Shown: positions 27,501 through 38,067 of the stretch, piece after piece
Layout of the letters: each line of letters starts with the position of its first letter
Numbering within the stretch: the stretch's first letter is position 1
Sequence record: MZ444140.1
Reading direction: 5' to 3' (one strand)
Length of the DNA stretch: 64,000 nt
Program-made: the position numbers and the translations under genes
Notes under the pieces: generated by a model
What the model saw: the letters and a program-made list of their open reading frames with translations, nothing else
The model's database searches: none
Told to the model about the DNA's origin: nothing

Positions 27501-28904
27501 GAAGCGATGACTTATCGTGGAGATGGTGGACGCGGTCCAACTTCAATGGTTGCACGTACACGTATTTACGGTGAAGCGGATGTTGGTGTGGTCAGTGAAT
27601 CAACTGTGGACTCAGGTGACGTTGGTGTTATTGCTTACTTAGTACCTGATGCTAACTTTGTAAACATGCGTGGTGTTACGCGTATGTTTGATCCAAAGAC
27701 AGATGGGCCAGCTAGACTACTCTCAACTAGTGCACTGCTTGGTGTTGCAACCGAACATGATGACCCTAAGCGAATTAACTTTATCTCAATTCAGCAGCAG
27801 CAAGGTATTTATGCTGATGGGTATACAGTTACACCAGTTCGTACAGGCTATGAACAAATCATAGCCCAAAGGACTAGTTCTATCTTTGCTGTAGCAGCAG
27901 AACAAGATGGTGAGGTTGTAGCTATTGATGAATATGGTATCCAAGTTAAATATGCCGATGGTAATGTATTTGGATATCAATTAGGTACAGTTCATGGCAC
28001 AGCAGCTGGTGTTAACTATCCACACATTCTTGTTACCTCATTAAAGAAAGGTGATAAGTTTAAACGTGGAGATACTATCACATATAACAAACGTTATTTC
28101 TCTGAAGATAGGTATACGCCTGGGCAAGTATTATGGAAAGCCGGTTGTATGGCTGTTGTAGCATTTGATGATAACCTTGACACTTTAGAAGACGGTTCAG
28201 TTATTTCTGAAGACCTAGCTAAAAGGTTAAATACTCAAACAACTGCAATCAAGAATATCGATGTTAGGTTTGATCAGACTATTCGAGATATGGTGAAAGT
28301 TGGGGATCACGTCGACTTAAATTCAATTCTATGTATAATTGAAGATCCTGAAACAGCTGCTCACTCACTATATGACGAGGCATCTATTGAGACATTACGC
28401 AAACTATCAGCATATTCGCCACGTGCTAAGCTCGTAGGTACAGTATCAAAGATTGAATGCTTCTATCATGGTGAAATAGACGATATGACACCAAGTTTAC
28501 AAGCATTAGCTAATACGTCAGATAAACAACGCGCTGAACGAGCTAAATCATTGAAAGAACCTACTTTCACTGGACAAGTAGATGCTAACTATCGAGTGAA
28601 AGGACGAGCCTTAGAATATGACCACATGATTATTCGAGTGTATATCGATCATGATATCCCATGTGGTGTTGGAGATAAAGGCGTAGTAGCTAACCAGATG
28701 AAAACGGTATTCTCCCGTGTAATGACTGGACGTAATGAAACTGAAGATGGCCGTAATATTGATCTACTATTCGGTAATACATCGGTAGAAGAACGAATGG
28801 TTCTATCTCCTAAAATCATTGCTACAACAACTGGTATCTTGTGGGCAGCTGGAAAACATCTTGTAGCTGTATATAGAGGAAACACTAATGCAAAAGCTAA
28901 GTAA
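24549..28904 (+). CDS. rpoB: Virion RNA polymerase beta subunit, large part (gp178-like), 1451 aa
   Basis: RQRLQR, GDKGVVANQMKT and IDLLFG motifs of RNAP beta; length and position match phiKZ gp178 as recalled. Confidence 0.92.
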   Translation: MRLNITQFLKNYSVREYAKLQSPKLHALNKLDLPFESIYQFFDGNNAVMGPSQTDPLFSKHQGKVYIEHVTDMLTFEGNPRRTSNIPATMIQEFRRQNRFFKPLRSDTGFKLSNQNILVMNYNLINPQWNYMASYKATWFRWSNDMRTFWSGVAAACERFPGWNQFIDVHLPELVPPPSSFNKLRGGLTQDLANQFNTPDILNIFDLVRWVSDDRESSFMNVIDAKYYGNINLLFRVQSSFFVINLGMLDQWRRDPEIKDDKGYDTQQIARRLISLVSAMVEYNQGNTSLIKEDTPIFNEDIIVDEETPVSYEEGEAEEVEDVESNNVEEEVTEVDVIDDVQFDPTNLTNLIDIGAIEVTYTPPPESDLEVTKLIIEKDPLESSPSRQIKEEKELIVTDVPEDELFINTEVDEEDKLIDAIRAKAYDMYRVNMISANTFEQAQEDSIMYRRLPDPFTDPNDESVEPMTIAEAMEYHPDDLKIPEDTTFEDKPTIVDKSMLGSKLKAIQRKYNKVLLKKDILNSVLSVQKQGVSVTNYKIETVRDSGNHYQIHKVTLKPIRGRSSQVMFRIPVIDNDGRFMSNGVTYRQRLQRADIPIRKVNPRKVALTSYYNKTFVTRSERAENNFDNWLIRAITNRALDGSDMSVHSVTYAELDQSNYVLPRVYTTLGTAFKGFHNHRNVFYFNFKDRNEFFAKQGLHIEDYETDDLIMVGFNGTDAILLDKNSIFYMKTGNELEPIGTITDILGLDLTKAPLEAILMSIGGKELPLGFILAYHHGLNNLLKKLNVNYQRHQRGTRIVVNSTDYTLAFADEILVFDRADYKAMLVLSGLKRYHKSLRRYSVYDFNKRDVYFRVLEEAGLSNRFTRDIDTLFSAWVDPITEGLLKEMGEPTTFEGLLYRSVELLTNDWSPAEVDGAYMRYRGYERMAGAIFNELNRAVRVFNMRNGGSVQTVELDPHVIWRKIVQDPTVATIEDSNPIANIREQEAMTYRGDGGRGPTSMVARTRIYGEADVGVVSESTVDSGDVGVIAYLVPDANFVNMRGVTRMFDPKTDGPARLLSTSALLGVATEHDDPKRINFISIQQQQGIYADGYTVTPVRTGYEQIIAQRTSSIFAVAAEQDGEVVAIDEYGIQVKYADGNVFGYQLGTVHGTAAGVNYPHILVTSLKKGDKFKRGDTITYNKRYFSEDRYTPGQVLWKAGCMAVVAFDDNLDTLEDGSVISEDLAKRLNTQTTAIKNIDVRFDQTIRDMVKVGDHVDLNSILCIIEDPETAAHSLYDEASIETLRKLSAYSPRAKLVGTVSKIECFYHGEIDDMTPSLQALANTSDKQRAERAKSLKEPTFTGQVDANYRVKGRALEYDHMIIRVYIDHDIPCGVGDKGVVANQMKTVFSRVMTGRNETEDGRNIDLLFGNTSVEERMVLSPKIIATTTGILWAAGKHLVAVYRGNTNAKAK

Positions 28905-29085
28905 TAATGTAGCACATGGTCAGAACATTGCTGTTCTTCATGCTGCTGTTAAACTAGGTACTCAAGCAATTCTACAATCGCTTGGTGGCACCACCAGCTC
29001 CCCATCTCTGAATGGGGAGTTTTTAACTGAGGCTGATATTGCAGCAGCTTTAAACGCTCGCTTAATGAAGAACCTCAATATCTAA
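28888..29085 (+). CDS. Small hypothetical protein, 65 aa
   Basis: SD AGAGGA; overlaps the end of the RNAP gene by 17 nt; fills the gap up to the SD of the next gene. Confidence 0.6.
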   Translation: MQKLSNNVAHGQNIAVLHAAVKLGTQAILQSLGGTTSSPSLNGEFLTEADIAAALNARLMKNLNI

Positions 29086-29096
29086 GGAGTGTTAAA

Positions 29097-30656
29097 ATGT
29101 TCTGTAAAGAAACCCAAGCTGCGATTGTTGGCTCAGCACGTAGTCTAACTGAGGATAACCTTGTTCTAGTTATCCCTAATGAAACATATCCCCTTGCGGT
29201 CTTTGCAGATGGTTTCAGTGTAGATGGCAACTCTAATAAAGTTGCCCTCTCTGAAGAGCTGGAAGCATCTGTAGAAGAGTTCTTCGAGGAAGCTAACCAA
29301 GAGCAACCTGTTAGTGTAGAAGAAGAGCAAGAAGCTCTGATTGCACATGTCTGCTCATCATTACAAAAGATCCAATTCAATACGCAGAATGTTATTTGCC
29401 CTGCAATTGAATATATGGTACGTGTTTTTAATGAGCGTCAAAGCATTAGTTGTCAACCAGATGTAAGCGCTACATTCTACCACTATAATGCAGTTCATAG
29501 TGATCCCCGCTTAACTGCACACGTTAGTACACGATACAATAATTTACAGCCGCTACCTGAGTATCGTACCTTTATTCTAGAATCAATTGATGCTAATGAA
29601 ATTATTCGGTTAGTGTCAATGGGTAATCCGCATCTAGATCAAACTGAAGTTGAAGAATGGCTACTATCTATTCCTAATAGTGCCGCTGTTATTGAAGGTG
29701 TGTGGAATTCTATCTTCAATGATGGTCGTCTTCTCATTCCAGGTGAACTTGAATATGTTGTGGGTAGGTCCTTCCCATTCACTGTTGATTCACTAGCTCT
29801 GGCTTACATGATTTGCGGTCACTACATCGATAACCCGGTTGAAGTTATTGGCGAGAGTGATGTTGACCTAGAAACATGGTCACTAACTATTCGTAAACTA
29901 CATGAGATGTTTGGATTCTATCTCAAGCGTGCTTATGAACGTCGTCAAGCTGATCGTGATGCAGGTCTACTCATCCTAGCCTCAGAAGCTAATAATGTAG
30001 TTGCTAATTCTCGTTGCAAAGTAATCATTAATGGTGATGTTGCACCTCAATTTGAATTAGCCGGTGGTGACATCCAAGCTATCCTTGGTGCAGCTGTAGC
30101 AGGTAGTAATAACATTTACCTAGAACAGATTCTTAATAACTCAGAACAGTTTATTCAACGTTGGCTATCAGTATATCCGCTGATTAAACAATCGGCTATG
30201 GATAAAGGTTTACGTAAACTACGCAATGACATTCATGAATCATTTATGGATGGTGTCATTAATACTGAACTTAAAGATCGCCATGTTAATGAACTCGAAT
30301 ATCGTATTAAAGAAGCAATGAGTACGATGACGACTGAAGATCTTAAGAATCCTTATATCACCTTTGGTAAACTTATCTGTAAAACATTCTTTACAGAAAA
30401 TGTTTACTGGCAATATCTGCTAGCAGTTGATGAATTTAGTCAAATGTATCCTGAGGCCACTCTACGTGAACTCAATACACAATCACTAATTTCACTAATG
30501 GCAGCATGGCTGTCTCAACAGATTAAAGTTGAGCGGTTCACTGGTGTTGTTGATCCTTATGCAAAACTACCAGTAAAAGAAGTTATTGAAACTGTAGAAG
30601 ATGATAGCACTGAAACTTTAGATGATGTTGAAATCGAAGAAGAAGTTTCTAATTAA
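29097..30656 (+). CDS. Virion head protein (gp177-like), 519 aa
   Basis: SD AAGGAG; acidic N-terminus with A/S-X-E sites; conserved RNAP-protease gene block. Confidence 0.7.
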   Translation: MFCKETQAAIVGSARSLTEDNLVLVIPNETYPLAVFADGFSVDGNSNKVALSEELEASVEEFFEEANQEQPVSVEEEQEALIAHVCSSLQKIQFNTQNVICPAIEYMVRVFNERQSISCQPDVSATFYHYNAVHSDPRLTAHVSTRYNNLQPLPEYRTFILESIDANEIIRLVSMGNPHLDQTEVEEWLLSIPNSAAVIEGVWNSIFNDGRLLIPGELEYVVGRSFPFTVDSLALAYMICGHYIDNPVEVIGESDVDLETWSLTIRKLHEMFGFYLKRAYERRQADRDAGLLILASEANNVVANSRCKVIINGDVAPQFELAGGDIQAILGAAVAGSNNIYLEQILNNSEQFIQRWLSVYPLIKQSAMDKGLRKLRNDIHESFMDGVINTELKDRHVNELEYRIKEAMSTMTTEDLKNPYITFGKLICKTFFTENVYWQYLLAVDEFSQMYPEATLRELNTQSLISLMAAWLSQQIKVERFTGVVDPYAKLPVKEVIETVEDDSTETLDDVEIEEEVSN

Positions 30657-30702
30657 ATTATCTTAATGGTTAATAATCATTAAAACATGCAATCGATGAT
30701 AA

Positions 30703-30730
30703 ACTCCGGTATTTGGAAGGATACCGGAGT
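30703..30730 (+). terminator. 10-bp hairpin in the gp177-gp176 intergenic region (terminator or RNA structure)
   Basis: ACTCCGGTAT-ttggaagg-ATACCGGAGT; no clear U-tract. Confidence 0.5.
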
Positions 30731-30803
30731 AATACAGCGAATATTTAAAGGTGCATGATTTTGATTAAGTATTTTAATCTTTACATAAATGAACAATTAG
30801 GAC

Positions 30804-31532
30804 ATGATAATGGACGTACGTTCTCTTCGACGGGATCCAGAACGGGTCCACAGTCATCTAACTGATTTAGAAGATAATTCAGTAGTAACTAATGCCCCAT
30901 GTAAAATACAGATTCCAGAAAGATTTACAGGAAGACATCTAGCTGTTATTGGTAGTGAAGTATTCACTATTGGTATATTTCCTATTATTTTTAATGATGA
31001 ATATTACGCAGTAAATAATACCATTGCAATGATGCGGATAAATCCAATCTCTACTGAACGCGTCCACATCAATGGTGAAGTTTATCTAGAATTTCATTTT
31101 GATAAAGGTAGTAAGATTTTCCAGAATACTTACTTAGTTGTTAATGATACATTAACTTACTATGTCTATGATGAGTTAATTAACAAAGGAAACTTCCCTT
31201 GGTATATTAACTATTATGACAAAGCCAAATTATTTGAGACAGCTAATTTACACGCTGGTGTTAACCTTGGTGGATGGCCTACATTACAACTTATTATTTC
31301 AACCACTCAGCGTGCCTCGGATGATATATCACAACTATATCGACATGTGTTAACTAGACACAGTGATATCGTGGATAATCCACCAGTCGACGTACCATTC
31401 CGTTCAGTTATCTGGAATACTTCAGACACAACATCAAAACTCAATGGGGCTTATTTTGATCAAGGTATCACATCAGCACTTGTTAACCCATCTGAGTCAG
31501 TAGAGCTTATTGAAGAACTCCTCAGGACCTAA
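30804..31532 (+). CDS. Conserved virion-block protein (gp176-like), 242 aa
   Basis: ORF track; immediately upstream of the prohead protease. Confidence 0.7.
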   Translation: MIMDVRSLRRDPERVHSHLTDLEDNSVVTNAPCKIQIPERFTGRHLAVIGSEVFTIGIFPIIFNDEYYAVNNTIAMMRINPISTERVHINGEVYLEFHFDKGSKIFQNTYLVVNDTLTYYVYDELINKGNFPWYINYYDKAKLFETANLHAGVNLGGWPTLQLIISTTQRASDDISQLYRHVLTRHSDIVDNPPVDVPFRSVIWNTSDTTSKLNGAYFDQGITSALVNPSESVELIEELLRT

Positions 31533-31543
31533 GGAGTTGCGTT

Positions 31544-32356
31544 ATGCAACCATATTCTAATTTTTCTGGTTTGCAACAGCGTACTAATAACCAAGTAGTT
31601 ATCGGCAGTGATATGTTAGCCGGTACTAATAAAAAAGGTGTATTAGTACCTGATGCGGATGGTTACTATCTAACTCCACTAGGAGCTTATGGTACCCGAA
31701 ATTCAGCTGGTATGTTCTATGAAATGGCATCCGGCGTATCTATGTTTAATCCAGACTCACCTTTAATGCGCCGTGTTAAAAAGGGTGTTCTATTCATGGA
31801 ATACAAACACCCTGAACCCTATCGTAAAGATGGCACACGGATGAATGAACATGAGTACCTAATGCGAATTCGTCAAATCGATGATGATCGTGTGTGTGCG
31901 CATATTAAGGAACTTATTCTGGTTGATTCTACAGATGAGAAAGGTCTTCCTATTAAACTAGTACTTGGCAAATGCAAACCATACGGTCCTTTTGGTAAGT
32001 ACTTCGAAGCATCTATTACCAATCCTTCTCAGAATACTTATTGCTCGGTAAGGTCAATAACTCAAGATGATCCTATGCGCGGTATCAAATATACCCGTGA
32101 GATTTCAACTTGGGATATGGTTGGGGAAGGTGGTATTTACGGTGCTAATAAATGGAATTCCCCTGCATTAGAGAACTATGAAGATCAATTAATGGTTATC
32201 ACGCCTGATACTCTATATCAGGTACAGCGTGAACGTGAACGTCAAATTAACATGGGTTTTGAATGTTCTGATATCACCAATGTGACAGATCTAGCGAAAA
32301 GTCTTGGCTGGGATATTTCACCAGTTAAACATAGGCGCCCTGGCTTCATGCGTTAA
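31544..32356 (+). CDS. Prohead protease (gp175-like), 270 aa
   Basis: His motif FMEYKHP, Ser motif CSVRS and Asp motif TWDMV of herpes/T4-gp21-like serine proteases; SD AAGGAG. Confidence 0.88.
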   Translation: MQPYSNFSGLQQRTNNQVVIGSDMLAGTNKKGVLVPDADGYYLTPLGAYGTRNSAGMFYEMASGVSMFNPDSPLMRRVKKGVLFMEYKHPEPYRKDGTRMNEHEYLMRIRQIDDDRVCAHIKELILVDSTDEKGLPIKLVLGKCKPYGPFGKYFEASITNPSQNTYCSVRSITQDDPMRGIKYTREISTWDMVGEGGIYGANKWNSPALENYEDQLMVITPDTLYQVQRERERQINMGFECSDITNVTDLAKSLGWDISPVKHRRPGFMR

Positions 32357-32370
32357 AAATAAAAAAAAGA

Positions 32371-32402
32371 CATAATGCCCTCCCGTAATGGGAGGGCTTA
32401 TG
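32371..32402. terminator. Bidirectional hairpin at convergent junction
   Basis: CATAAT-GCCCTCCC-gtaat-GGGAGGGC-TTATG. Confidence 0.85.
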
Positions 32403-32405
32403 CTG

Positions 32406-33542
<1,137 letters not shown>

Positions 33543-33552
33543 TTAAAAACTA

Positions 33553-34479
33553 CTATTTTTTATAAGCAATAAATTTTCCAATATGCTTGAATCCCTTACA
33601 ACTAATAGTAACTTTAATCGGATATTTAGCCTTCATTACATAAATTAACCTGGACATATTAAACGGCGCATAAAGTATAAAATCATTATCTACCATTTCT
33701 TTATGGAATGCATTAATCTTATCTTGGACTAGTTTAATATAATCCTCATCATTAATAATACTTTGTTTATCTGAAATAACAATCTTATCTACAGTATCGC
33801 CTTCAGCACATAGTCTTTCATATACCTCAGTACGGATAAATGTATTAACTGCGATATATGTATTTTCTGTTACTTGTGTAGCTTGTGCACTATAAATATC
33901 ACTAATACAGTAATTAGGTTTATATGGACCAAATGGATCAATAATATCTTTAATAGATACACTCTTTTTTGGTAGAACATGGGGTGTTTCTAAAAATGAA
34001 ACACTGTCATGTGCATCAATATCTAAATACTTATTGACTAGTGGGGCAACGCGGTTGAATGCCTCTTCATAGATAGCATACATGTAGCCACGGTAATCTG
34101 GTAAAGACGCATAATAATTACGCTGAACAACAGTCTCGCAACTACTAACATAATTATAAAAAATATCTGCGTGCCTTAAAACATTATTAAATTCATCTAC
34201 GCCTAGAATTGAACTAATCCAACTAACATCATTATCGTGGATAAATATAGCTAAACGAAGGTTTTGCCGTTTTGGATTAGTTTCATCTTGGAATGGATAT
34301 GTTGTATATAGCTCAGTGATAGCTTGTTTAACTACATCAGGTGATTCATTGAAAAATTCTTTTGAGAATTGATCAATTGACATATTTTGTCTTTGCTGAT
34401 ATAGTTCATTAATACGTGCTTCTACTTGCACAAGGAAGTTAATCTTTTTACTGATTTTAAGGCTATGTTCAGTATGCAT
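33553..34479 (-). CDS. Hypothetical protein (gp173-like), ~308 aa
   Basis: ORF track; the start is probably MHTEH, just after the stop of the upstream gene. Confidence 0.65.
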   Translation of the reverse strand: MHTEHSLKISKKINFLVQVEARINELYQQRQNMSIDQFSKEFFNESPDVVKQAITELYTTYPFQDETNPKRQNLRLAIFIHDNDVSWISSILGVDEFNNVLRHADIFYNYVSSCETVVQRNYYASLPDYRGYMYAIYEEAFNRVAPLVNKYLDIDAHDSVSFLETPHVLPKKSVSIKDIIDPFGPYKPNYCISDIYSAQATQVTENTYIAVNTFIRTEVYERLCAEGDTVDKIVISDKQSIINDEDYIKLVQDKINAFHKEMVDNDFILYAPFNMSRLIYVMKAKYPIKVTISCKGFKHIGKFIAYKK

Positions 34480-34483
34480 TAAG

Positions 34484-34924
34484 TTATCTCTGTTTGATTG
34501 ATTTAATAACATCACAAACAATTTCAAACCATTCTTTTTCTTGAATGGTTAGGTTTGCTCCTGATAAAACTAATGGACCAAAACTTTTTGCTTTAAATAA
34601 AACGAATGGTCGACTATTAAGATTTAATAATAGGGTATCACGAAGGATATTGGTAAGTCCATCTACATATTGATACTTTAAACCATAGTCTAATTTATAA
34701 TGGGAATTAACCTCTGGTTGAAGAAAAGCCTTTTCTTTTTTACCAGTGATGAGATACATCCGAAGACCTTTGAATGAAAAGAAATTCTCATTATCAAGTG
34801 TGGTCTTCTTCTCTTTTCCATTAAACTGAAATAGATCAGGGAGCGGTGTATTACCGCTCTGATCTACAATGATGCTATCTACAGGATAATTATTTTGTAC
34901 CCATGGGGTTTCTGGATTATTCAT
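34484..34924 (-). CDS. Hypothetical protein (gp172-like), ~146 aa
   Basis: ATG at 34924 follows SD GGAG and overlaps the upstream stop region. Confidence 0.6.
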   Translation of the reverse strand: MNNPETPWVQNNYPVDSIIVDQSGNTPLPDLFQFNGKEKKTTLDNENFFSFKGLRMYLITGKKEKAFLQPEVNSHYKLDYGLKYQYVDGLTNILRDTLLLNLNSRPFVLFKAKSFGPLVLSGANLTIQEKEWFEIVCDVIKSIKQR

Positions 34925-35678
34925 TTGAATTAGGCTCCACCCAATGAGGATCAGGTACAGGAACAATATGCACACTGTCCTCTAGTTTATCTCGAAGATT
35001 AGGATCATCAGTCCATTGTAGAGAAAGAGTGTATCTCTCCTCTTTAGGCCGTAGTAGTAGGAATCCACGTCTTAATGTATTCCAAGACATATTGGGCGAT
35101 AGTAAACCACGCCTTTGTGTATTAGCCAATGAGGTAAGTTTCTTTTTATCCAATCCTACAAGGTTGACTGGATTATTTAAAAACTCTTCCCATAGCTTAT
35201 CCCACTTCTCCTGGTTAATTCCTTCTTTCCAGAGAATATGCCTATACAGATGGGCCATTGTAGTTGTAGCTGGTTTTTGATTCTTAAAAATTTCACATTC
35301 TTCATAGGGGAAATCATTTGCAGAGCAAGTTACCTCATCTTCAGTTGGATCGATATTGATCGTATAAACTGAATCAGGTTTTGATGTACCCCAAATCAGA
35401 CGTACCTCTAATGTTGCTTTAACAGGTGATAAGAAATCAATAGCTTTCTTAAAGCCATCCCAACTCATTGTATCAGCTTTAAGTGCTTTATTAAGATTAC
35501 CTTTATCTGGGTTATTCTTGTTATGTGGTTTTTGAAAGTATGCATTCAAACGTTTATCCCAAGCAAACTGTGTCATATTACGCCACAGTAGTACTTCCCG
35601 GAAAACATAACACAAAACCCCTTCTGCCTGCCTTAATCCTTTTTGAGGATCGCTTAATAAGTCTTTTACAGATTCCAT
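34917..35678 (-). CDS. Conserved protein with tandem duplicated domain (gp171-like), 253 aa
   Basis: Two similar ~85-aa halves (..WDK..N...MSW..F/L...L.P......L.W). Confidence 0.7.
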   Translation of the reverse strand: MESVKDLLSDPQKGLRQAEGVLCYVFREVLLWRNMTQFAWDKRLNAYFQKPHNKNNPDKGNLNKALKADTMSWDGFKKAIDFLSPVKATLEVRLIWGTSKPDSVYTINIDPTEDEVTCSANDFPYEECEIFKNQKPATTTMAHLYRHILWKEGINQEKWDKLWEEFLNNPVNLVGLDKKKLTSLANTQRRGLLSPNMSWNTLRRGFLLLRPKEERYTLSLQWTDDPNLRDKLEDSVHIVPVPDPHWVEPNSNE

Positions 35679-35749
35679 CTTTTTTTACACCTACGGTGAA
35701 TTGATAATAAACACACTTTATATTAATTTATACTTGTATAGTCTGCACC

Positions 35750-36274
35750 TCATAGTAACTTAATAATTGCTCTTGATAGTTCAATAATATCATAGTACAT
35801 TCTATCCATCTGGCGCTGATATGCTTGATGGTTAATCTGTTCAAGATATTCAGTTTGTTGCCAAATTAAGTCACGCATAGTTTCAATAGATTTACATACA
35901 TCAATAAAACTATCATTACTGTTTATAAAATATTCATCAAGGTCAATTGATTTCCTGTCGATAAACTCAGTACGACACATTTCACTAATCTTTAGATCAT
36001 CTTCATTTGCAATATGATCATTTAACCTAGTTAGAGCATCTAATAAATAACCAATACTGTAATGTCTTAGATAGACAGGAACACCTATCATCTTCCTGAT
36101 GGTCAGAGTTTTTAATTCATCCAGATTAATTAATTGCCAGAAATTATTAATAGCTTTTAATCGTTCTTCACCTGAAATAATATCTTTATCTATCCGTTCT
36201 AATTCAGTTAGAAGTTGTTCTTTACCAACTTCCTTTTGGAAGCCCCGGAAATATTGAATAAGTTTCTTAAACAT
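35750..36274 (-). CDS. Hypothetical protein (gp170-like), 174 aa
   Basis: ORF track; divergent from 36354. Confidence 0.65.
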   Translation of the reverse strand: MFKKLIQYFRGFQKEVGKEQLLTELERIDKDIISGEERLKAINNFWQLINLDELKTLTIRKMIGVPVYLRHYSIGYLLDALTRLNDHIANEDDLKISEMCRTEFIDRKSIDLDEYFINSNDSFIDVCKSIETMRDLIWQQTEYLEQINHQAYQRQMDRMYYDIIELSRAIIKLL

Positions 36275-36353
36275 GATATAGGACCTATTTTTCAGATACT
36301 TAGCATATGGTAAGTATGTTAGGTATTACTATTACTAATTAGAGGATAATAAA

Positions 36354-36869
36354 ATGTTCCATGGTGCAGATTTATCTGATGAGCCTTTAGAAAAGAAATC
36401 ATCAACTACAGAAGAAAAGGTATATGCTGATCTAGAATATGAGCAGCAGATACGGTATACACAATCAGTTAAAGAGAAAGTACTAAAAGCTGTATTAGAA
36501 AATACAACTGGTAAAGTACCTACTGATAAAGAATCAGTTGATATGATTCTTAAATTAACAGATTCAATGGATAAGACAACAATTGCTAACCGTCGTATTC
36601 AAGTTGATTCTGAGGGTGCACGCTCTAACCGTGAACTTGCTGAAGGCTTTGCTGAATTCGTTAAGATGCAAATGAACCGTAATCCATTAATACGTGATCC
36701 GAATGATGTCCCTGCAACACCACGTGAGATTCCAGATATTCCTGATGAGGAATTTGAGAATTACACTATTGAAGAAGGTGAAACTGAAATCGGTATCATC
36801 ATGGAGGAATCCAATGCATTTATGGAGCGGATGGATGCTGCACGAGAAAAAGAATTAGAAAACGATTGA
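36354..36869 (+). CDS. Hypothetical acidic helical protein (gp169-like), 171 aa
   Basis: SD AGAGGA; ends at a convergent hairpin. Confidence 0.7.
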   Translation: MFHGADLSDEPLEKKSSTTEEKVYADLEYEQQIRYTQSVKEKVLKAVLENTTGKVPTDKESVDMILKLTDSMDKTTIANRRIQVDSEGARSNRELAEGFAEFVKMQMNRNPLIRDPNDVPATPREIPDIPDEEFENYTIEEGETEIGIIMEESNAFMERMDAAREKELEND

Positions 36870-36884
36870 TATTAACGACATATA

Positions 36885-36905
36885 GCCCTCCCGTAATGGG
36901 AGGGC
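36885..36905. terminator. Bidirectional hairpin at convergent junction
   Basis: GCCCTCCC-gtaat-GGGAGGGC, identical over 21 bp to 32377-32397. Confidence 0.85.
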
Positions 36906-36914
36906 GTTATGCAC

Positions 36915-37613
36915 TTAATACAAATCGATATCTAATACATCACCAACTGTATTTACGATTACTTCAACAGGTGGTAGCTCAATATTACCAATTGATTTCT
37001 TAATAACATTCATTTGGTTAATAACTTGATTATGATCAGATGTTACTTTAAGAGCTAATAGTCCAATAGCAGTTAAACTTACGATTGCAGTTGAGTTATC
37101 TGAAATAGTTTCATATGCAGCTTTACCTACTTTCTTAATAGTTTTAAATAGAGTAGGTTTATTTTGACGAATTAGTTTTCGTTCTTTTGCTTTAGCTAGC
37201 TCATCATCAAATTCTTTATTAAAGCTACGGCGTTTACTCCAATCATAAACACCTGGTGAAACTTCTTCAAAATTGGAAGAGATTGCACCAAAATCACTAG
37301 CATGGCTAAACATCCATTTAAAGATAAAGCGATTAGAAAGAACCCACGCCTGTAGATTAGTTTCTGCATCGTTGATTAGTTTAATAGCATCGCTTCCAGT
37401 AGCCACTTGGCCATTAGCTTTAACAAATAAAATCAGTCTTACAGTAGTACCATTGATTACTGTGTTATTCACATTTGCAATCCTGGTATAAATTTCTTTA
37501 ATAATTCGCTTTTGTTTATCTAAATCAGCACCATTTAAACGAATATTAAATTGACGGTCTAATACGGCCATTGCAGTTTCCTCTAGGGTTATTGTACCTA
37601 AAGTATACTGCAT
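36915..37613 (-). CDS. Early hypothetical protein, 232 aa, with a C-terminal hydrophobic segment
   Basis: Third gene after the 38330 promoter; hydrophobic AIVSLTAIGLLAL. Confidence 0.65.
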   Translation of the reverse strand: MQYTLGTITLEETAMAVLDRQFNIRLNGADLDKQKRIIKEIYTRIANVNNTVINGTTVRLILFVKANGQVATGSDAIKLINDAETNLQAWVLSNRFIFKWMFSHASDFGAISSNFEEVSPGVYDWSKRRSFNKEFDDELAKAKERKLIRQNKPTLFKTIKKVGKAAYETISDNSTAIVSLTAIGLLALKVTSDHNQVINQMNVIKKSIGNIELPPVEVIVNTVGDVLDIDLY

Positions 37614-37620
37614 GACCGTA

Positions 37621-38049
37621 TTATTTTAATTTTTTACATGCTTTATAAAACCGTGTACCAACGTACAAAATAAACCCGCCAATAACAGCAACTGATGTGA
37701 TTGTTTCCAGCGGCATGCGCTTAGCGGGTTCTTCAATTGGTACTGTAACAGCTGGTAATTCAATTCTTTTCTCAATAACTTTTTTACCAGTTAACTTATA
37801 ATAAACATCTGGTTCTAATGTTATCGATTCAAGAATCTGATTACTACATGGATAGCGTGTGACGCCTCCATGTCCATCTGCAACATAGAAGCTGAATGTA
37901 TCGCCTACACGATGTAAGTCAACCACACTACCCATATATGTCATATGAGCTGGATAGAGTTCTGCCTTGACCTTTCCATCGTTGAATAAGTCAATGACGG
38001 AACTCTTCTTTAGCTCACCCATTAAGTTTGCTAAAGTGAATGCCGCCAT
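37621..38049 (-). CDS. Early hypothetical protein, 142 aa, with a C-terminal membrane anchor
   Basis: ITSVAVIGGFILYVG followed by a basic tail. Confidence 0.65.
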   Translation of the reverse strand: MAAFTLANLMGELKKSSVIDLFNDGKVKAELYPAHMTYMGSVVDLHRVGDTFSFYVADGHGGVTRYPCSNQILESITLEPDVYYKLTGKKVIEKRIELPAVTVPIEEPAKRMPLETITSVAVIGGFILYVGTRFYKACKKLK

Positions 38050-38067
38050 TAGCGATAACCCTATTAT

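Noticed and set aside
22891-28904. Group I intron or intein in the vRNAP genes
   Set aside because: Both ORFs are continuous with the expected lengths; I found no HNH/LAGLIDADG motifs or intein C-terminal HN-C/S/T junction.
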